A stretch of DNA of 64,000 bases from Eledone cirrhosa (taxonomy: Eukaryota). Of this stretch, positions 60,181-64,000 are shown one piece after another. The notes below the pieces were generated by a model. The model was not told where the DNA came from and ran no database searches. It was given only the letters and a program-made list of their open reading frames with translations. The position numbers were made by a program, and so were the translations under genes. The stretch's first letter is position 1. Every line of letters begins with the position of its first letter. The stretch spans positions 20,646,001 to 20,710,000 of the forward strand of contig OZ024750.1 of assembly GCA_964016885.1 (NCBI GenBank), read 5' to 3'.

Positions 60181-60380
60181 GATGAATTTGTATCCTAGAC
60201 ACTTCTAAGTAAATTAAGAAACTGAATAGTGTGCTATATATAATAGCGCACATGACATCCTAGCGCGTCTCACAAACTTACACCACTAAAAATAGCAGCT
60301 AGGTTTACAAGACAAGCAATTTGAACATATATATATATCTGTGTTCGTTTTTCTTTTATATTCTATTATTATATATACAC

Positions 60381-60882
<502 letters not shown>

Positions 60883-61003
60883 ATATATATATTATATATA
60901 TATATATATATACACGCATATAATATCGTAATATTATGAAATTAAATCAAATTGTTTAAAACTACATGCAAATTCATTGTTTTCCTTTTTCCAAATATAT
61001 AAA

Positions 61004-61047
<44 letters not shown>

Positions 61048-61747
61048 CATACATACATACATACATACATACATACATACATACATACATACATACATAC
61101 ATACACACATATATATATATATATATACATGCATATATATATATAAGGTATAGTGTTTTTCTGTGCGTCTGTGTCTATGACGATTGCTTCATCTTAGATG
61201 ATAAATACCTGAACGTCTCAATCATACCTGCAGATTAACACCCTCGCACAGAGAGCTGACCTTTCCACCCGGGAACAAAGGCTCCACTCTGAGTCACTGA
61301 TATCAAATCACAATCGAAATGAATCGCTTCGCATCTACGTTAGATTTTTTTTCAATAAGGTTGAACACAAACTTTTATAATATCATGTCACTCAGGGATT
61401 TCATGTTTGGTATTCCCGCTAATGATTAATCAACGGTGGAACTCCTTCATCAGAACATTAAATGTAGCTGTTTTAATGAATGCAATATTCTAACATTCCG
61501 GATGATTGTCCTTCGCCAGAAAATCTGGACAAAGGAAATTGAAGAGCTTATTTTGTTTTTGGCTACAAAACTAAAATATCTTTCAGTTAATAAAATGTAC
61601 CATTAAAGTGTACTTTTAATATATATCTTGGTATGGTATTTTACTTTAATGGCGCTGAACATATTGGAAGAAAGAAAATACAATAATAACAAATATATCG
61701 TGTGGGAATAGGATAACAAATAGAGGAAAATTATTTTTGCTATTGTT

Positions 61748-62507
61748 AATGTACTTAACAATAGCAGATGCACTCCACAATAGCAAAAACAAACACTACA
61801 GGGAACGTCACCCCAGAAAGAATTCATATAGACTTTTGACTGAGGAATGCTCTCAAAACTGACCAATGGGTGGAGTGACCTTACAAATTCTTATAACATT
61901 GAGATTGGGTATAACACACACACATTTTATTTGATTATTTTATTTTGTTCCTTTACCACCTTATTCCTTCTACCACTTTATCATTTTTTTTAGCTGACTC
62001 TAACGCCAAAACCACTACCAACATAAGAGTAGAGGTCAGATGTACTTAAGAGTAACAAGAACAACCACTACAGATTGCCTTGCCTCACAACGAATTTCTA
62101 TAGACTTTTGACTGAGGAATGTTCTCACAACTGACCAATGAGAGGAGAAGATGTCCTTTGATGCTGAAATTCGTTTGTTTAAATTCATATGATTCCAGTT
62201 CCTCAGTGAAACAACAACCCAACCAGGAACTGGGCATATCAGAGTATTGACAAAGTTAAACACCTCAACAACATGTGTACTCGTCTCTACCACACTAATT
62301 CGAACTGCCTGAAGAGGTCACAGCCAAAGATGGGTGTCACCGAAATATATATAGCAGTAATAAACGAAGCCAAATTTTTAACATTTGACTTATTTATTTT
62401 ATTTTATTTTACATTTCTCCGGAGTAACTAAAGCAACATGCGCACTTCGTCGAGTGCTCCATCTGCACACTCCGGTGTTGATATACAACCAACATATACT
62501 CAAAATT

Positions 62508-62510
<3 letters not shown>
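61748..62510 (+). mobile_element. 3' UTR/pLTR fragment of a diverged family P relative
   Basis: Similar to 36395-36975 including the hammerhead and tail; ends in (TA)n. Confidence 0.85.
62304..62358 (+). ncRNA. Type I hammerhead ribozyme (family P relative)
   Basis: ACTGC-CTGAAGA-GGTCACAGCCAaagaTGGGTGTCACC-GAAA-TATATA-TA-GCAGT. Confidence 0.85.
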
Positions 62511-62600
<90 letters not shown>

Positions 62601-62835
62601 GTAAATATTAATTCAAAATATTAATAAATATAGACATTTGTGTGATGAAGTATATTTTATTATACATATTTAAAAGGTACTGAGCTATCTTCAATAGTAC
62701 GTCCTCATCAGATAAAATAAGTTGATGCTTGATCTACCTTGACTATGTTGATGGTTAAAAATCAGTCATGGCAGTGCTTCGAATCTATTGTAAAACTTTA
62801 TTCATTGATTTATTCATTGAACCTTGTTTAACCTT

Positions 62836-62839
<4 letters not shown>
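62601..62839. mobile_element. Family I relative: inverted body joined to the tail
   Basis: 62601-62775 resembles 55901-56075; 62773-62839 is the reverse complement of 55810-55877; hammerhead GAAA mutated. Confidence 0.7.
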
Positions 62840-62904
<65 letters not shown>

Positions 62905-62918
62905 CAGTTATAAATATA

Positions 62919-62962
<44 letters not shown>

Positions 62963-63054
62963 AATGGAATAGAATGAAACGAAATTTCATTTCTCACTCT
63001 TAGTACGTCTGTATACATATATGTATGTACGTATACATACATACTTACATTTAT

Positions 63055-63145
<91 letters not shown>

Positions 63146-63469
63146 CGGAGAAAGCTATTAGCGATACTTCGACCAATTTCCAACTCACTCAACAAACATT
63201 AGGAAATACCGGAGTATATTCCCAATTAAACGTTTGGGGTGCTAACTATATTGTATTGTGTGGATAATCGGCTGTATTATTTTATATGAGATATAATATA
63301 TTAACATTGATGAAATCTTCATATATGCAATCTAACTATCAGAATTATTTGGTATGTTATGCATGTCATGTGAAATATTATTCAATACAGATTCACTATT
63401 AAATGCGATAATTTGATAACATTTTGCCCAACTTCAGGAATCAATTTTGTTCACGTATACATATAAAAT

Positions 63470-63620
63470 GTTTCTACTTCTGGCACAAGGCCGGCAATTA
63501 CCCCAGTACATTACTGGTACTTCAATTATTGACCACGTAAGGACGAAAAGCAAAGTCAACATCGGCAGGATTTGAACTCCGAACGTAAAGGCCATGGTGT
63601 TTGACGCTTTACCGATTCTG
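63470..63620 (-). mobile_element. tRNA-derived SINE (MetaSINE-like), diverged
   Basis: GGCACAAGGCC...CTGGTACTT...AAAGCAAAGTCAAC.TCGGC.GGATTTGAACTC. Confidence 0.7.
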
Positions 63621-64000
63621 TTAAACCACAATAATAATGCAGACATGGGTGAATGCTTAAGATCTTTGTTTCACAATCAATGTAGTGTCCTGGGTCAGGG
63701 TTCCAATCCATTCTGCGATAAGTTGGGAAATGTCCATTACTATACACATCTTTTCGATTCAAACACTATGAGTGAGGCACTGTACAGTGAAACTGTCACG
63801 CACTTTCTCATATTATATCTCACTAAAAATTACATGAAAGGAACATACATCTGTCGAATGTCAGTCACTTGACAATTAATTTCTCGAACACAATGTCAAC
63901 CTTCCCTAACAACAGGAAAGCTTGCTGTCGATACTTATGGTTCTAAAACAACATCATTCACATGCGTATGCATATATGAGTGTATTCATGTGATGTGTGC

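Overview
AT-rich, repeat-dense eukaryotic (animal) genomic DNA; the (TA)n/(CA)n load and SINE types suggest an octopus-like mollusc, but that is inference. No host protein-coding gene can be supported, and almost all ORFs in the track are microsatellite read-throughs (YI/CV/HT repeats). The window is dominated by Penelope-like retroelements (PLEs) and their derivatives: (i) a nearly intact PLE (RT + linker + CxCx5Cx5C + GIY-YIG, about 893 aa once one G is removed from a G13 run and a 14-nt deletion is repaired) with an inverted ~2.3 kb partial copy (30468-36975); (ii) a 5.7 kb palindrome from a second PLE family with a GIY-YIG fragment at its centre (1388-7163); (iii) an inverted/tandem array of a 485-bp non-coding unit carrying one hammerhead ribozyme per unit (retrozyme-like, 14421-16733); and (iv) more than a dozen short fold-back elements from several unrelated families, all sitting in (TA)n tracts. 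Most carry a type I hammerhead (CUGANGA...GAAA...UH, often with a palindromic stem III), and many share a GAGT(G/A/T)C motif typically ~40-65 nt from the (TA)n-joined end. Also present: tRNA-derived SINEs, RTE-type LINE fragments and a tiny Tc1/mariner-like MITE. All RNA folds were done by eye and coordinates of degenerate repeats are approximate.
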